Below are positions 1 through 15,230 of a stretch of 64,000 bases of DNA, one piece after another. Under the pieces are notes generated by a model, which was given only the letters and a program-made list of their open reading frames with translations, searched no databases and was not told the DNA's origin. Position 1 is the stretch's first letter. Every line of letters starts with the position of its first letter. The stretch covers positions 26,536,001 to 26,600,000 of the forward strand of contig CM022665.1 of the NCBI GenBank assembly GCA_012295275.1. The letters run 5' to 3'. A program made the translations under genes and the position numbers. This DNA is from Chrysomallon squamiferum (lineage: Eukaryota; Animalia; Mollusca).

Positions 1-1442
1 TATTAAGATATTTTAAATTTAAACAACTTCTATTTAAAAAAATATTTATCATGATACATTGATAGTCCGTTCACTAAAACATTTTAATACTATTTTAGCG
101 ACTGATTATGGCTCCGTCACTGTACCGGTATTTATTTTTACCATAATAAAGGCCGGCTTTTATTTATTTATTTTTTTATTATTATTTTTATTTTTTCTGC
201 ATGTAAACAGTTTATTAATTCCAATGCATTTCCTATTAATGCTAAAGTTCATATACTGTCACTGCTTATTTAACCGCACATGCCTTACTGGAATTTATAT
301 AAATATTGTATAAAATTGACTAATTATAGGAAAAACTGTTACGGTCATAAAAAACCAAGCTATGTACACACTGCACTATATTACAGATATTTGCACACTC
401 TGTGTGTGTGTGTGTGTGTGTGTGTTATTTAACAACAAAATGGTTTCTTCTTTTACAGATTTTTATTATATTTTCATTAAATTAAGATAAAAAAAAAAAA
501 TAATAATATTATAAAAAACTTAAGCACTGACTTTGGCATTGTGATATATTAGTTTAGAACAACAAAATAAAACAATAAAAAACCCCAAAAGAAAACCCAA
601 GATATTGATTTTAGTCATTTAAATTTTACATACACATATAACTAAACTAAACACCATGCAGAATAACAAAACCATAAATATGTTTAGACTAAGTATCACT
701 AAAATACACAACAAAGGGCACAATCATGGAAAATGTAGCCCCATGTCCCATGCAAGACAGTGAGGATAACTATCTAGTTAACTATCTGACTGACTAAACT
801 AACTAAAACTGTTCAGTTTGTGCAGACATTTTGTACAATTTCACACTTCAGGTTATCTTCTGTTTTCATACCGTCTTTGATATGGCTTTAACTATTAACC
901 TTTTATTTTCATTGCCAGTACTTTCCAAATGGTTGTGTGTAATTCTTTTCTATCCATAACTTGTCATTTAATTTCAGTGTCCTTCTTCAAAATACATGTT
1001 TTTTCAGTTAATTAACAACAATAATGAAAGTGATTGTTGTAAGAGAAAAGAAGTAAAATTAACATCCAGTGTAGTAGGTGGAGGGAATGAGTGTTAAAAA
1101 TAAAACGTTCATCAAGAAGTTAAGAAGATCTATGTTCTTTTATCTACTGCAGAAATGTAATGTTGTCTTTATTTACAGTTTTATAACTTGCAAAACTAGT
1201 ATTAAATACTTGATATAAACATGTATTATTTACAACAGTAAATGAGTGTACTGCAGTGCAAAATATATCTGAAATGCTTTTAAAGGAATGATCATGTATA
1301 TAAGTATTAAGTGTCTTAAAATAATGAAAAATCTGTGGACATGTTTAAAATCTGAGCTACAAAACACAGATATCAATTCCAATGCATGATTGTAGATTGA
1401 AAAAGAACTATCCTGACATTAAAATGACAATAAATGCATGAA

Positions 1443-1476
<34 letters not shown>

Positions 1477-1478
1477 TA

Positions 1479-1521
<43 letters not shown>

Positions 1522-2108
1522 TTTATTATTTTTACATTTTCTCAGAAAAATTATTAATCTTTAACAGAAATAAGCACTGGTTGTGAATGACAGCTGAAAC
1601 TCGTATTTTGAAATATTTAGCATGACAAATATCATCCATTTAAAATAAATGCAACATACAAAGCAAACTTTATTGTTTCTTAGCAGACTGACAACATATG
1701 TCTGCAAAATTTCAAATCATACTGGGGTTTTTTCTTCTTCAAATAAGAATATCCAGGCAAAGATGGCTTCATATTTGATTTTATCAGAACCATAAAGATA
1801 AAATAGAACAGAAATACTTTGACTACAGATAATTTTATGTTTTTTGACAATATATTAGTTTATTTCACATTTATTGATGAGTAATAAGATAATTAAAAGG
1901 GGAAAATGAAGCAACACAAATACAGCAATAGAAATAAATTTGCTATGGAAAAGTTCTATTAAAAGGAAGCATTAATCTGTTACATAGGATTTTATTGCTC
2001 AAATTTAGAAGATATAAAAAATAAATATAAAAGGAAGAGATTATTAAGCTGGAGATTTTGTCTTATGTTCAGGAAAATGGGGAAATGGATGCCAAACTCG
2101 CGACTCAC

Positions 2109-5100
2109 CTTAGAAACCTCAAACTGACCATCAGAACAAGACAACTTAATTGTATGCACTGGCTTCTTTTCATAATCTAACATTCTTGCCAGGACCAGAG
2201 ACATACTTTTCTCTTCTGTCTTCACAGAAAATGGTGAATTGTCGCCAGTGACATGACAGGAGTGTTTCTGGTTGGCATCCTGATCCTCCACATTTATTGT
2301 AAATAATACATATCCTGGTCTGATATTTTCTGGGACTGATTCAATATTGCCAGTTATTATTTTAGTTGGTGCTTCATTGACATCTTTCACTTTAATAACA
2401 AAGTCTTCCTGCAATAAAGTTAACATTATTTCATATCAGGATGAATTTTAAGCCTTACAAACTGGCAGAAAAAAAAAAAACTAACTTTACATGAATTAGA
2501 ATTAAAAACGTTAAAATGATTTGCTGTTATTATTTAATTTATTGTGATTCTATTTACACAGTTATAATATAGTTAAGAGGTCTGGCAAAATCAATACAAA
2601 ATACTACAGATGTTTTTCAGTTGTAGTCTGTTCAGTTGTAAGATATTAATAAAACTAAAATAGTAAATTATTATATGAATCTGCATTTTAAAACATTAAT
2701 TAATCAACTTTTTGTAATGTAACTTGTAGATCACAATATTTATTATTTCAAGAAAATGCAGAAATGATGTAAATTACAAACCATTTTGCTTAGCGGGGGA
2801 ATACCACTGTCTGTTGTTGTAATGGAAATGGTATATTCTGATCTGCTTTCAAAATCCAGTGGAGTGGATCCAGTAACCAGCTTGTTGTCTTTAATTCCAA
2901 AATAACCTTTAAAAATATAAATATAAAAGAACTGGATAAAAACAGTTCTGGGCAAAATACCTTTTCAAGTCACTAGTCAGTTTTTTTAGTTTTTTTATTT
3001 ATGTTCAAATGCTCTATTTGGAGTAGCTCTTTTGGAATGGTTACCTTTTGCTAGCTCTTTTTGAGTCAGTGAATATGAGAAAGTCTGGCCTCTGTCTGGA
3101 TCTTCAGTTCTCAGAGTTCCAATCTCAGTTCCTGATTTGGAGTTCTCTTGTACAGAGTCTCCGGTCAAAGTTAGTTTAGTAGGAACCTCATTCACATCTT
3201 CTATCTGAAGTCAGTATTACAGAATCATTAAAATGTTTGTGTTTTGGAACATATCCGCATGTACAATAAATTACCAATGATATATACAGTTCTACAACAT
3301 TTTAGTTATTTCCATGTCCTTCAATAATATACTTGTAATACGAGCATGGCTGACAGATATTAGAATCATTGCAGCAGCTAGATTTTTGTCTCTGTATACC
3401 TTCCAAAGCTACCCAGGTCACTGTCCAGATGAACAAATACTGGTTGTTGTCGACAGCTTTCATCACCAAATATTGTCAAACAATAAAATAAGAATAAATC
3501 TCCCATGCTGTAAATATTAAATATAAAAAATCCACAAGATCAATCTCTATATTTATCTTAATGCAGAAAATACTATTAAACTGAGTATTTTAAGTGATTC
3601 ATTAATAATAAATGTTTACTACTGTACCTCCATAGTGAAAATTTGTGAAGCTGAAAGACCTTCAGGATCTGTGGCAGTGATAATAAATTTTGTATTGTGA
3701 ACTGATTCATAATCAAAAACTTTGTTAGCAGTCAAAGTGTTGTCCCCTTTTATAGTAAACATGGAGTTGTTATCAATGTTGTAAGTCACCTGCAACAGAC
3801 AGATATTTCAATCTGGTTAAAAAACACTGGTAGACCCTGTCTTTATCTTAAAACTATTAGAAATGTTATCAGATTATGTAAACATTTATATAATGGTTCA
3901 AATGGAGATAAGAAAATTTCTTTATAGAAATAAAACAGTATTATGGTGAACATTGTGAATTTTTCTCTTTTTTTTAACTTTTTGTTTTATTCCCTGAAGC
4001 TATTATATTTTTGTCTTAGATAAGATTCATGTGAATTTAATTGGTAATTTTTTTTTATTTTTTCAATTTTGTTTTTGTAATAAAGAATATTCTTAAATAT
4101 AAAAAGTCTACAGTAGGAGCTATAGAAACTATATTTCCATTTTATTTATAGATATGGCTTTTAAATTTTAAGTCTAGTAAGGAAATGAAAAGTTTGTGAA
4201 CAGAATTGTGTTTAATGATGTAAACTATTTTTATTTATGTGAGAAAATACAAATACAACCAATCATGTACTTATTGGTAAATAAAGCGAAGTTCAAGATG
4301 AGAACGAAACCAGTGATACTGTTAAATACATTAACTGCATTCAACATATATTTAAAAACAAGTCTGAATACCCTAATTACATATATATATCAACAAATAC
4401 ACTTTCACATCATCATTATAAGTAATAAAATGTATAATAATTAAAATAATGTAAGCAAATTATATAACTTTTTATAACAGACCTTATCTCCATCTGGATC
4501 TATCGATTTTATTTCTGCAACTGTTTGACCTTTTAAACCATTTTCTTGAATTTTCAGCTTAGTCAGGGTAATGTTGTAAGGTGCCTCATTCACATTTGTA
4601 ACATTAACAGTGATTGGTTTGGTGACTTTGAGAAAACTTCCATCAGCCCCCTCATCTTGACATGTGATCTGAAACAGAATGTTAGCTGCCATTTTACTGA
4701 AAATATTTATCTTCTTTAGAACATTAAAATTTAAATATTAAGATTAAATCACATGCAATGTTTACTGTGAATATTGCATCAATGGACAGGTATTTAAACA
4801 AAACTGATTTAGTGTCAGTGTTAAAGAAATTAAATTCAGTCAACTTTTACATTAAAGATATATAAAGAACTGTAGCTGCTTAGTGATAAAAATGCTGGCC
4901 TGAGGTATCATGGATTAATCCTTTCAATGTAGCTGTTGTTATAGTTTTCAGTTATTACAATTTGCCTGAGTGGTTTATATGAAGTTATGGTATGTGCTCT
5001 CTTGTGTATGTGTCAAAATGTATTTAAAAGAATCCTTACTGCTTGCTGTTGGATAATAAAAAATAGAATATTGACAAGAAATTTCCTCTCTCACATTATC

Positions 5101-8100
5101 ATTTGACATCTAATAAACATTCATTTTAAAATTTGCTGTGAAAACGTATTTAACAATTTCATCCATTCATTCACCTGACATTTTTGGATATTTGATGCCC
5201 ACCTTAACAACGTATGTTCTGGCTCCTTCATAATCCAACTCACTTCTTGACACAACAAGTTTTAGTCCATCAGTAACCTATTAAATCATTCAAAATTAAA
5301 GTCTGTATATCAATGAAAAATTAGTTTCGTTATAATGAAAATAACATTGTTTGGCATACCAACAGGTTGGGAGCATGCCATGTAACTCGACTACATAAGC
5401 CTGTGAGAATGTAATAATCGTTACATATAATAATTTATTTATTATTTATTTTTAATTTTTTTAACATGTGATCTAATGTGTGAATTGTAATTTTAGAACA
5501 AGGTTTATTAAGGAAGGAATAACCTTTTGAAATCAATAATTTTAATATTTAGGAATCAGTACATATTGAAATCTATAAAATTCCATACAAAGAGTATAAT
5601 TAAATTTTACATTTACCTTGAATGGTACCTGCTGGATGTTGATTACCTCACACGTATGTTTCTGATTCACATCTTCATCATCTACATGCAGATGCCCTAC
5701 AACTGTCCCTTTAATACTATTTTCTGCAATCTGGAAACAAAAATATAAACAAGAATATAAAGTTTATAAATGTCAGCTAACATAAATTTTACTGTTAATA
5801 ATGTTAACAGTATTATGCCTTACTTATAAATTCACAAATCTCTGATAATAGTATTTAAAATTAATTACTTAATAAAGCTGTAGAAGATTTATTTTTATAT
5901 AGTTTGTATTAAAACATTTAGTTTGACTATTGACTTGAAAATATCAGTGACAGTTACACCTCTGAGTAAATGAGAGAGAGAAACAAAACCAGCAACACGT
6001 TTATAGAATAGGGGAGATAACTCTTTTGGAAAATTACAACAGTCCTAAACATTATTATGTCCTTGATTCAATAATAAGCATGTTACACAGAAATTAGGCA
6101 TGTTTATTAAGAACACTGAAAAAGTTAGAAGATCATAAAAATAATAAGATAAATGAATTTTCTTTAAACTATTGTAAGTAAAAAAAGAAAAACAAACTGT
6201 TCCATGGTAGATCATGAAACCTTTATAATTCACCTGACTGATGATTATTATTTTTTTTAAATCCTTCTTTTATTCTTAAATTTAGACAGATTAAAACTGC
6301 ATAAACATTTCTGAAATTTTTTTACAATCTTAAAAATGGCACAGAAAGTTTTGACATCAAACCTTGACATTGTCGAGAGTGATGTTGGAGGGAGGATCAT
6401 TTCTGTCCTCCACTATGACATGCACTATACCATTATACTTGAGAGGTGGATTTCCTGAATCCACTGTCTGGATCCTCAATGAAAACACACTGGATAACTC
6501 ATAATTGAGGAACATGTTTGCCTCACCAACAAGAAGGCTGCGGTTTTTAATGTGAAACAGTGGTAATAATTGTGTGTCTGCATCATTTATCTGTACACTG
6601 AAATTACATTTGAATACATTTTTATCAATACTTGCATGTACACAGTATGAGAAAAGGTAAGTTATAATTTGTAAATACCAATCAGATCAATAGATGAATA
6701 ATCATATCTCAACATTAATATACATGTAGGTATTACTTCAATTTAATATTTCCATTCCTGAAGCAACAAACACCTTCTGAGTAATTAGTATTTGAAACTT
6801 CTTGGCAACTGTGAAATTGATAATATTAAGTTGTAAGAAATTATTCACCTATTTTTTTTACAAGTATTTATAAATTATTTATCTTTGTTTTCATAGTATC
6901 TACATGAATGTGTTGGTAAGAAGTTATGGACATAGCCTATAAAAAAAATAGGTGAAGATAACATTTTTAAATTATCAAATTATGAATTTTTTATGATTGT
7001 TCAACAATTCAAATCATATATAAGTGACAGAGAATTCTGCATTTTGGGAAGTTTCTTTTGCATTTTCATGGTTTATTATATAAAGTAAACTTTTAAAAAT
7101 ATATTAAAATAAGGTATAGCAGTTAGTTCAGATATATTACCTGTTAATAACAGAAAATAAGAAGTAAATAAATTACCCTTTTCCTACAGCGAGAAGTGAA
7201 TAAATATAGGTTTGATATTTTTCTGAATCCACAGTGTTTAAATCACCAACCAAAGTTCCTGTAGGGCTGTTTTCTGGGATGTTTGATGAATACAAACCTA
7301 TATGAGTTGGAGGTTCATTCACATCAATTACATTAATCTGAAGAAAAAAAAAGAAGTAAATTCAACAACAGAAAAAAATTATAATAAATGAAAATAACTG
7401 TATGAAAATAAAATAAAATAAAAATGAAATCAAAACAAATCAAAACTAGATTAAATTTAATTTGATTAAATTAGATTAAATTGATAAAATAAAATAACTG
7501 AATAACAACCTAAACAAAAGACCTTTCATCCTCCTCCACATAAACAAAGAACATTAAAAATTATTTTTTCTCTGATATTTTTCTCATGAAAGAATAAAAA
7601 CTGCTTAGGAGAGTAATGGGTTTAGGTAGCAACTTTAAAAATACAGAATTACAAAGCAAATAATTTACTCTTTCATGGCAGTATTTGCAAGATCCTGGGA
7701 TTACTTAGGAAGGTTTGCTGTGTGAAAAACACTGACAAAATAACCATTAAATGTAACAGATACACTAACTTACAGTGAAATCATCCTGAATATTGACTGA
7801 CTGGTTTCCACTGTATTTCCCTGTCACTCTTATAGTAATCACTCTCTTTCTTTTCACCTCAAAGTCTAATGGTTTTGTCACTTTTAATAAGTTTCCATCA
7901 ATGGTAAAAAAAGAGGCTGATTCTTTTGTCTTTGAAACTGAATCCAACACAACAAATGTGAAATCCTGAAAATATAATAGAAATTTCAAGATTTATTACA
8001 TAATCAATGCTTAAATGGTGGGTGTTCTAATTTTTCAAGGATATTAAATGGCAAAAGTAGTATTAGTAAGTGGATGTTTTATTTAAGGCTTTGTATGTAT

Positions 8101-11100
8101 CATTAATTTAAAAATTGAAAATTATTTTTTTGATCTCATAAATTAATGCATATTTTGTTGTTACATATTTATATATATATATCTATATATTTTTTCTTCA
8201 AAAACATGATAGACAGGGTTATTGAAAAAAAACGTATTTGTAATTATCAAGTAAAGATTTAGTGTAAAAAAATATATATATATATTCATTTTATTTCATT
8301 TTTATAATAAGACAAAATGTGAATTTGTTTTCCATTCTAACAAAAAACCAATAAAATAATAATAATAATAATAAAATATAATAAAATAAAACAAATAAAT
8401 TGAAATTATTATATATCATGTTGCTCATGGTTATAGTAATGACAACAAACCCCTTTTATTTCTTGTTGATTTAAGGCATTGACTACAATCAGTTTTCCTA
8501 CAACCATGTCAGCCTTGTTTTCTGGAACCTGGTGATTGCCTTGTAACTTGATGACTTTGGGTACATCAGCCTTCAGTTTGACATGAATGGCAACACTCTG
8601 AGAAAGACTCTGGGTTGGGGTGCCACTGTCGACACATGTTACTGTCACTGCCAAAACAGTCTCACTGTTTGGTAGGCTGGCTCTGACCTAGAAAGATAGG
8701 AATCTAGTTATTTTGTGTATTTATCTATTTATTATTATTGTTATTATTAATATTATTATTATTATTATATACTTTTTTTTTTTTTTTTTCAGGAGGGAGG
8801 ACAGGTAAAACAAAGTCAGTAATAACAATAATTTACTGAGAATTTTTAAAAACATTATGTACAAAATAATATTATGGCAAAAAGGATGTCACTGCACCTT
8901 CACAACTGATTATTTTAATTGTTACTCAGAAGCCATTTGTTTGTACTGCAAATGATAAATTTCAAAATTAAGTCACTGAATTGTGACTGGTTGTTTGTGA
9001 TTACCTGGACAGCCAGATTAGACTGATTAATACTGAAGAGTTCTTCTTTGTCTGTCACAGAACATTTAAATTTCTGCAGTTCACCATTGTTGTTGTCAGG
9101 ATCAGTCACTTTGAGAAAACCAACTTTAGTGCCAGGCTCAGCAGCCATAGAAACCTTGATTTAAAAAGTGTAATAATAATAAATGGATTTACTTACTTCA
9201 TATGAACAGATCAGTTTTTTTTATTATGATTATTATTATAATGATTTTTTCTTTTTTAAATCATAATAAAAGATTATATACAGATTTCATTTGTTTCTTT
9301 TTAATCTCTTTTCAAATATAAGCTTTTGGAATGAAAGAGATTTCAATATATTTTTGATGTCTCAGTCATGTGATTTTGAATTAAAGTATGAGAGAGGAAA
9401 GGTCTGTCATTATACTTTGGACTACTCCTACACTATTATACACATGCCACATACCACACAGGATATTGGCTGTAACAGGAAACCACATAATGGTCATACT
9501 AAAGACATTTGATGCCACTTCATCTTGGGTATATTTACTAAATATATATATTCCATTATAAATCAAACAGATAATAACAAAAAAATGTATAAACCAGACA
9601 AATTATGTTTTCAGAGTGATAATTCAAACATTTAAGAATTCTTTTCTTCTACAAAGTTAGGAAGTTCTGTAATATATGTATTCTAAACAAAAATCACAGT
9701 TGAATTTAACATTTAAAATTAGTTAGATTAATATTTAACCACACCTCATTAGGTGATAATGCTATGTGAGTTGGTTTTTCATTGATGTTCTTCACAGAGA
9801 AGTAGAAGGTCTTGGTAAAAGACAGGGAAGGTATCCCATTGTCAACTGTTCTGATAGTCACTGCATAATCTTTCTTTTGTTCATAGTCAAGCTTCTTTAT
9901 GCAGACTAACTTCCCTCCTGTCTGGACTTGGAATATCTCCCAAAATGTTATTAACTGCAAAATAATTACATTATAATCGTCAGCATGTTAAAGTCTACAT
10001 TTGATCAAACATACTTGAGAATGTCGTCAATAAACATTTCAAGAATATTAATGTGAATATAGAAATAAACCTTATTAAATACATTATCAGGAGTATTACA
10101 GTGCAAATTTAGCAAAAATGTTTTATGAATTTACCATGTTGTTTTAAACATAAAATAATTTTTAAAAAGTAATAAAAGGAAAGATGAAATAAATAAAACA
10201 AAATTAATTACCTGATATGTGTGTTTATCTTTGCGATCCTCATCTTCAGTGTGCAAATATCCTATCAGGAAGCCATCTTTGTTTTCTGGGATTTCAGTTA
10301 TATCACCATCAATTGTTATATCCTTAACAATGAAAAAAAAGAAACCTCATTTTGTGGTTTTGAATTAAAATAATAACTTGCTTTTTGAAAACTTAAAATT
10401 TGATTATACAAGAAATATATGGTTTCAATTTTATTTATCTAACAAAAAGTTTGATTTTGTTTGCTTGTTATATGTAATTTGTAATTAATTATGGAGCATT
10501 GCTATTTTATGTGCCATACATAAACATTTTACTAATTGTTTATAACATAATTACAGTTGTTGGTTATTTTTAATTTATAATGTAAAGAACTCACTGTTGG
10601 TGGATCATTTGTATCTTTAACTTTTATTTCCCATCTATCTGTGATGAACAACCCGCCTTTGTCAGTTGCATTTACTTCAGCTACTAGTGGCTTGCCTGCT
10701 TGTTCTTCATAATTAACAGGCTTGGCAAGCAAAATGTCTGATATGCAAACTGTCTGCTTTACACCTGCAATCTCTTTCTAAAATTAAATAATAACAGCAA
10801 TAATCAAATATGTTTTTATATTATGGTTCCGTATTTTTTCAAGTAAAAGTACTATAAATTTTGATTAATCTTTATAACACGGTGATAAACAAATGAATGA
10901 ATATATATACTATGCCAAATAAGTTTAGCAATTATGTACAAGATATGAAATACAGACAGCCTGATTGGATGTTGAATTTATTTGTACACATTATTTCATT
11001 TATACAGCATTTCTGAATGTAGCCAGCAGTAACACTTTGTCATGGTGTCAACATTGTTACTTTAATGTCAGTTGACAAAATGGAGGGGTGCATCTGCCAA

Positions 11101-13604
11101 GATGGTGAGAGAGACTCAATGATATATGTGTACACCAGCAGCATTGATTACAGCAGTACATCGCCATCTCATGCTTCTAATGAAAGCATTAATCTCAGGA
11201 ACAGTAATTGCGTTCCATTTCCAGTTCAGAGCAATTTGTGCATCATGGACATTAAGGATATGATGACGGTTTTTACGTACCTGCGGCCCAGTAGGTCCTA
11301 AGCATGCTCAGTTGGGGACAAGTCAGGGGACTTTGTTGGCCAGTTCAACACTTGGATGTGGTTCCGATCAAGAAGATTAGTGGTTAGCCTAGTGGTATGT
11401 GGTCTAGCATTGTCATGTTGAAACAGAATGCCAGGATGCTGCTGCAGGAATGGAATGAACACTGGTGTAATGATCTTGTTGCAATGATGTTGATTTTCCT
11501 TTAAGCCTGGACAGCAACCCATTATATCAGGATAAATACTTCCTTTCATTTTTAGATAATGTCGATTCAGTGCATCAAAATGAGATTTCAATACATTCGT
11601 ATTGCATGCACTTCTACGACAGCACGAGCGCACCACATTCGCATGTGCAGTGCACATAGAGGCATGCAATATGACAAATGGTATTCTTTTCATTACCCAA
11701 AGCAACAGGGCATATGCAACCAACCTGTTACCTTGTTTTATCACTTTATTTTAATTTATTTGGAAGCAACAGTTATTTACAAAAACTTACTAAACTTTTT
11801 TGGTTAAGTATATATACGAATAATGATATCTAAACACATTTTAATAATAATGGTTATAAGGTGACATATGGCTTTTGTAAAATGGTGACAATCAGCATAT
11901 AGCCTTTAACAAATTGTCACAGCCACATTGGTTACTGATCAGAATGAGAAATAGTTCAATGAATGCACTTCAACATAATAATGTCTGAATTCTAGATTTA
12001 AAAATATAAAACTAAAGACAGTAGTAACTTGGGTTACTTGCCAACTGACAATCTGGTCCTCCAGCAGCTAGTTTTAACTGTTTACTACTAGCTGGCAGTA
12101 ATTCTAGAGTTATCCTCTCCAGCTGATCTGGGTCTGACACTGTAACTTTACCAAGCACTGTGTCTACTTTAGTACCTTCAACCACTGAGAGTTCTCCTGA
12201 GCCTGGTGCTGGCTTCAGCTCAAGAACACTGGGTCGATCATTTGCATCCAACACTTTGACAATAAATTCTTTCCATGTCTGACAAAGTAAATAATAAATT
12301 TTACATAATCCAGAACATAAACGATTTTTTATTTTATTTTTTATTTCTTATCAATATTTCTGGATTGTTGCTGTAAATAAGAGATGGAAAAATAAAAACA
12401 CAAGTAGAGATGATCGGTTATGTTTTTAGGATTAGTCAGATTATATAATGCTGACAAGAATTAGAAAATGAGCTAATATTCGTCATCTCACACTATTATT
12501 ATAACTACAAACAACAGTTCTTTTATATACATTGTCACCACAGCTTTTGACTTACTAGGTGAGTATGTGTTAGAACAGGAAACAGCTGAATGGTTCATTT
12601 ATGTATCACATACCATTCCACAGATTATATCTGATCTAAAGACATGAAGCTGAATTACTTATTATATTCTGTAATTTAAGACCTTTTAAAACAAAATATG
12701 TTGTATGTATGTACATTATGGTATCTTTAAACTTTCAGCGACATCTTACTTTTTGTGGTGGAATTCCATTGTCTTGTGCTGAGATGTTTACTGTGAAAGT
12801 GGGAACAGTCTCAAAGTTCAGCTGACCACTGACCACAAGTCTATTGTCTCTAATGGTCAGAAAGGTGTTGGGTGACATGCTGAAAGTGACCTTTTGACCT
12901 CGGTCTTTGTCCTTGGCTGACAAGATGCCCACCATTGTACCCACTGCTGCATTTTCTGACACAGTATTGGCTGTGAAGCCAGTAAAGAAAAAAATGTTTT
13001 ATCATCATTAAATGTTTATATTAAAGTGTTTTTTAGTTTTTGTAGATGTGCAAATGTATGTGTACATGTGACAACAACAACACACACACACACAGGTATA
13101 CTAATGTGTATATGGTGGTTTATGTGTTTGTGTATTTGTGTTAATGACATTTTACACATTACAGTAAAACTGGATTTTTAAAACTGAAGATATTATACAA
13201 AGAATATACTCTCTAAATTTTTATAACGTTTTTACAGAATGTTGCTATGTTTTAAGGGAAAATGGTTAAAAACATTTTCAAAGTTAAAAATTATTTCACA
13301 TATATATACACACATATATATCAACATTTCAGTCAAATTTAATTCTAGTAATAAATGAATTACTGACAACTATTATACTAACCTGATAATTTTAAGTTTG
13401 TTGGTGGATCATTTGAATTAGTTATTGTTATTTCCAACTCAAATTCAGCTGACAGTGGAGGTGACCCACTATCAGTGGCTTTGACTTTGACAAAGGAGTT
13501 CTGTTTCACATTATAATCAAACTTTGGAAATTTAACCTGCACATAATGTAACATAATTATATTACATTCAGAAAAAATATATATGCTACAATATCTTTTA
13601 ATCA

Positions 13605-13670
<66 letters not shown>

Positions 13671-15169
13671 AAAACAGAAAAGAAAAGAAAACATATAAAC
13701 AGAAAACAAACATTTTTTTTTATGCATTTTGTGTATTATAAAAATATTTTGATTACATTTTATTAAAGAGTATATAAAAAATATGAAAATATTCCTTCAA
13801 TGAATCCATCCAAAAATATTTAAACAATTATTAAGCTTCAAAAAACAAATTGAAATATCATATGATGAGAATATATCAAACACAGAAGATGGTATACAAA
13901 ATATATCTTACTAAAAGCCTGTCTCCTTTTATCCAAAACTGATCATTGTCACTGTCTGTGAGGGTGTATGTGAAATTCTGTCTCACAGAGTTGATGTTGT
14001 CTGGGTCTTCAGTTATCAGTCTTCCTACCACAGTGTTTTTTTTACTTGCCTCTGTGATCTAGTTAACAACAAACACCATTTTAAACAGTTTTTACTTATC
14101 TAAATAAACATACCAAGTAACACTCAGCTCTAAAAAAATATTTTTAAAAGAAAAACATTTTGTGGTTATATTCTTTTAAGATCTTATGCATTAATGAATT
14201 AATCTTTCAAAACTTGTAAGGAGAATGAATATATAAGGAAAGAAAAAATGAAAAGGGGAGAAAGGATTGCCACTTTTGTTATTGTTCTTCTTATCGTGTT
14301 TGTTTTGTTGTGTTCATATTGTTGTTGGAATTATTATGATTCTCATTTTTATTATTTTTACTACTGTTATTATTTTATTAGTATTTGTGTTATCATTATT
14401 ATTGTGATTACTGTTATTACTATTAATACTATTTATTATTATTATTATTGTTTTTATTGTTATCATTATAGCTGTCCTCGTTGTTACCTCATTAGTTGTC
14501 AGATGAACTTTCATAGGCCTCTCATTCACATCATTCACGCTGACAACCACCTGTTTCTGTGTTGACAGAGGAGGCTGTCCTGAATCTGTTGCCTTGATGA
14601 CCACAATGTACTCAGGGTTCTTTTCAAAGTCCAAATCAGCCGCTGATGTTATCTGTTAACATGAATGTGAGAAATATTTTTTTGGCAGATACTATGTACC
14701 AGATGACCGTTTAAGCATTTAATTTATGGTTATGTCTCTGTTTCTGCCAAACAAGTTAAGTCCAATATATATATAATAGTTTATTTATCATTCGACACAG
14801 AACGATTATTAAATAGGGCTTTTTGTGTTACTTAGATTCTGTGATCGCAAAGATAATAAATAAATAAATAAAATAAAATAAAATGATGATAATAATAATA
14901 TGTTTAAAAAATAGATTTTTTTTTTTTCCCCCCCTGTTAAATAAAGATTTAAAAATAAATCATGGTAAAAATAAAAGAATGTGAAACGCTAGTGATCGAG
15001 TACTGTGACAAATATATAGATAAAATTACTTGAATAATTTTGAAGATATTTACAGTTTTAAACATGCAAAACATTTTTAGATCACTATTTGATGAGTTAA
15101 AGACAGCAGGAATGAGTGATTAAGAGAGGGAAAATATATGTGTATATGTATGTGAGTCAGAGACTGAGA

Positions 15170-15230
<61 letters not shown>

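Noticed and set aside
60-362. CpG-retaining segment inside the CpG-poor zone, with ORF 59-313
   Set aside because: Probably a recent repeat insertion, but I could not define TIRs or coding motifs, so it is not called.
1992-2108. Read-through C-terminus of the cadherin (VSREFG...KFEQ*)
   Set aside because: It begins at a consensus AAG|gtgagt donor before repeat 28 is complete; more likely intron, with the gene continuing outside the window.
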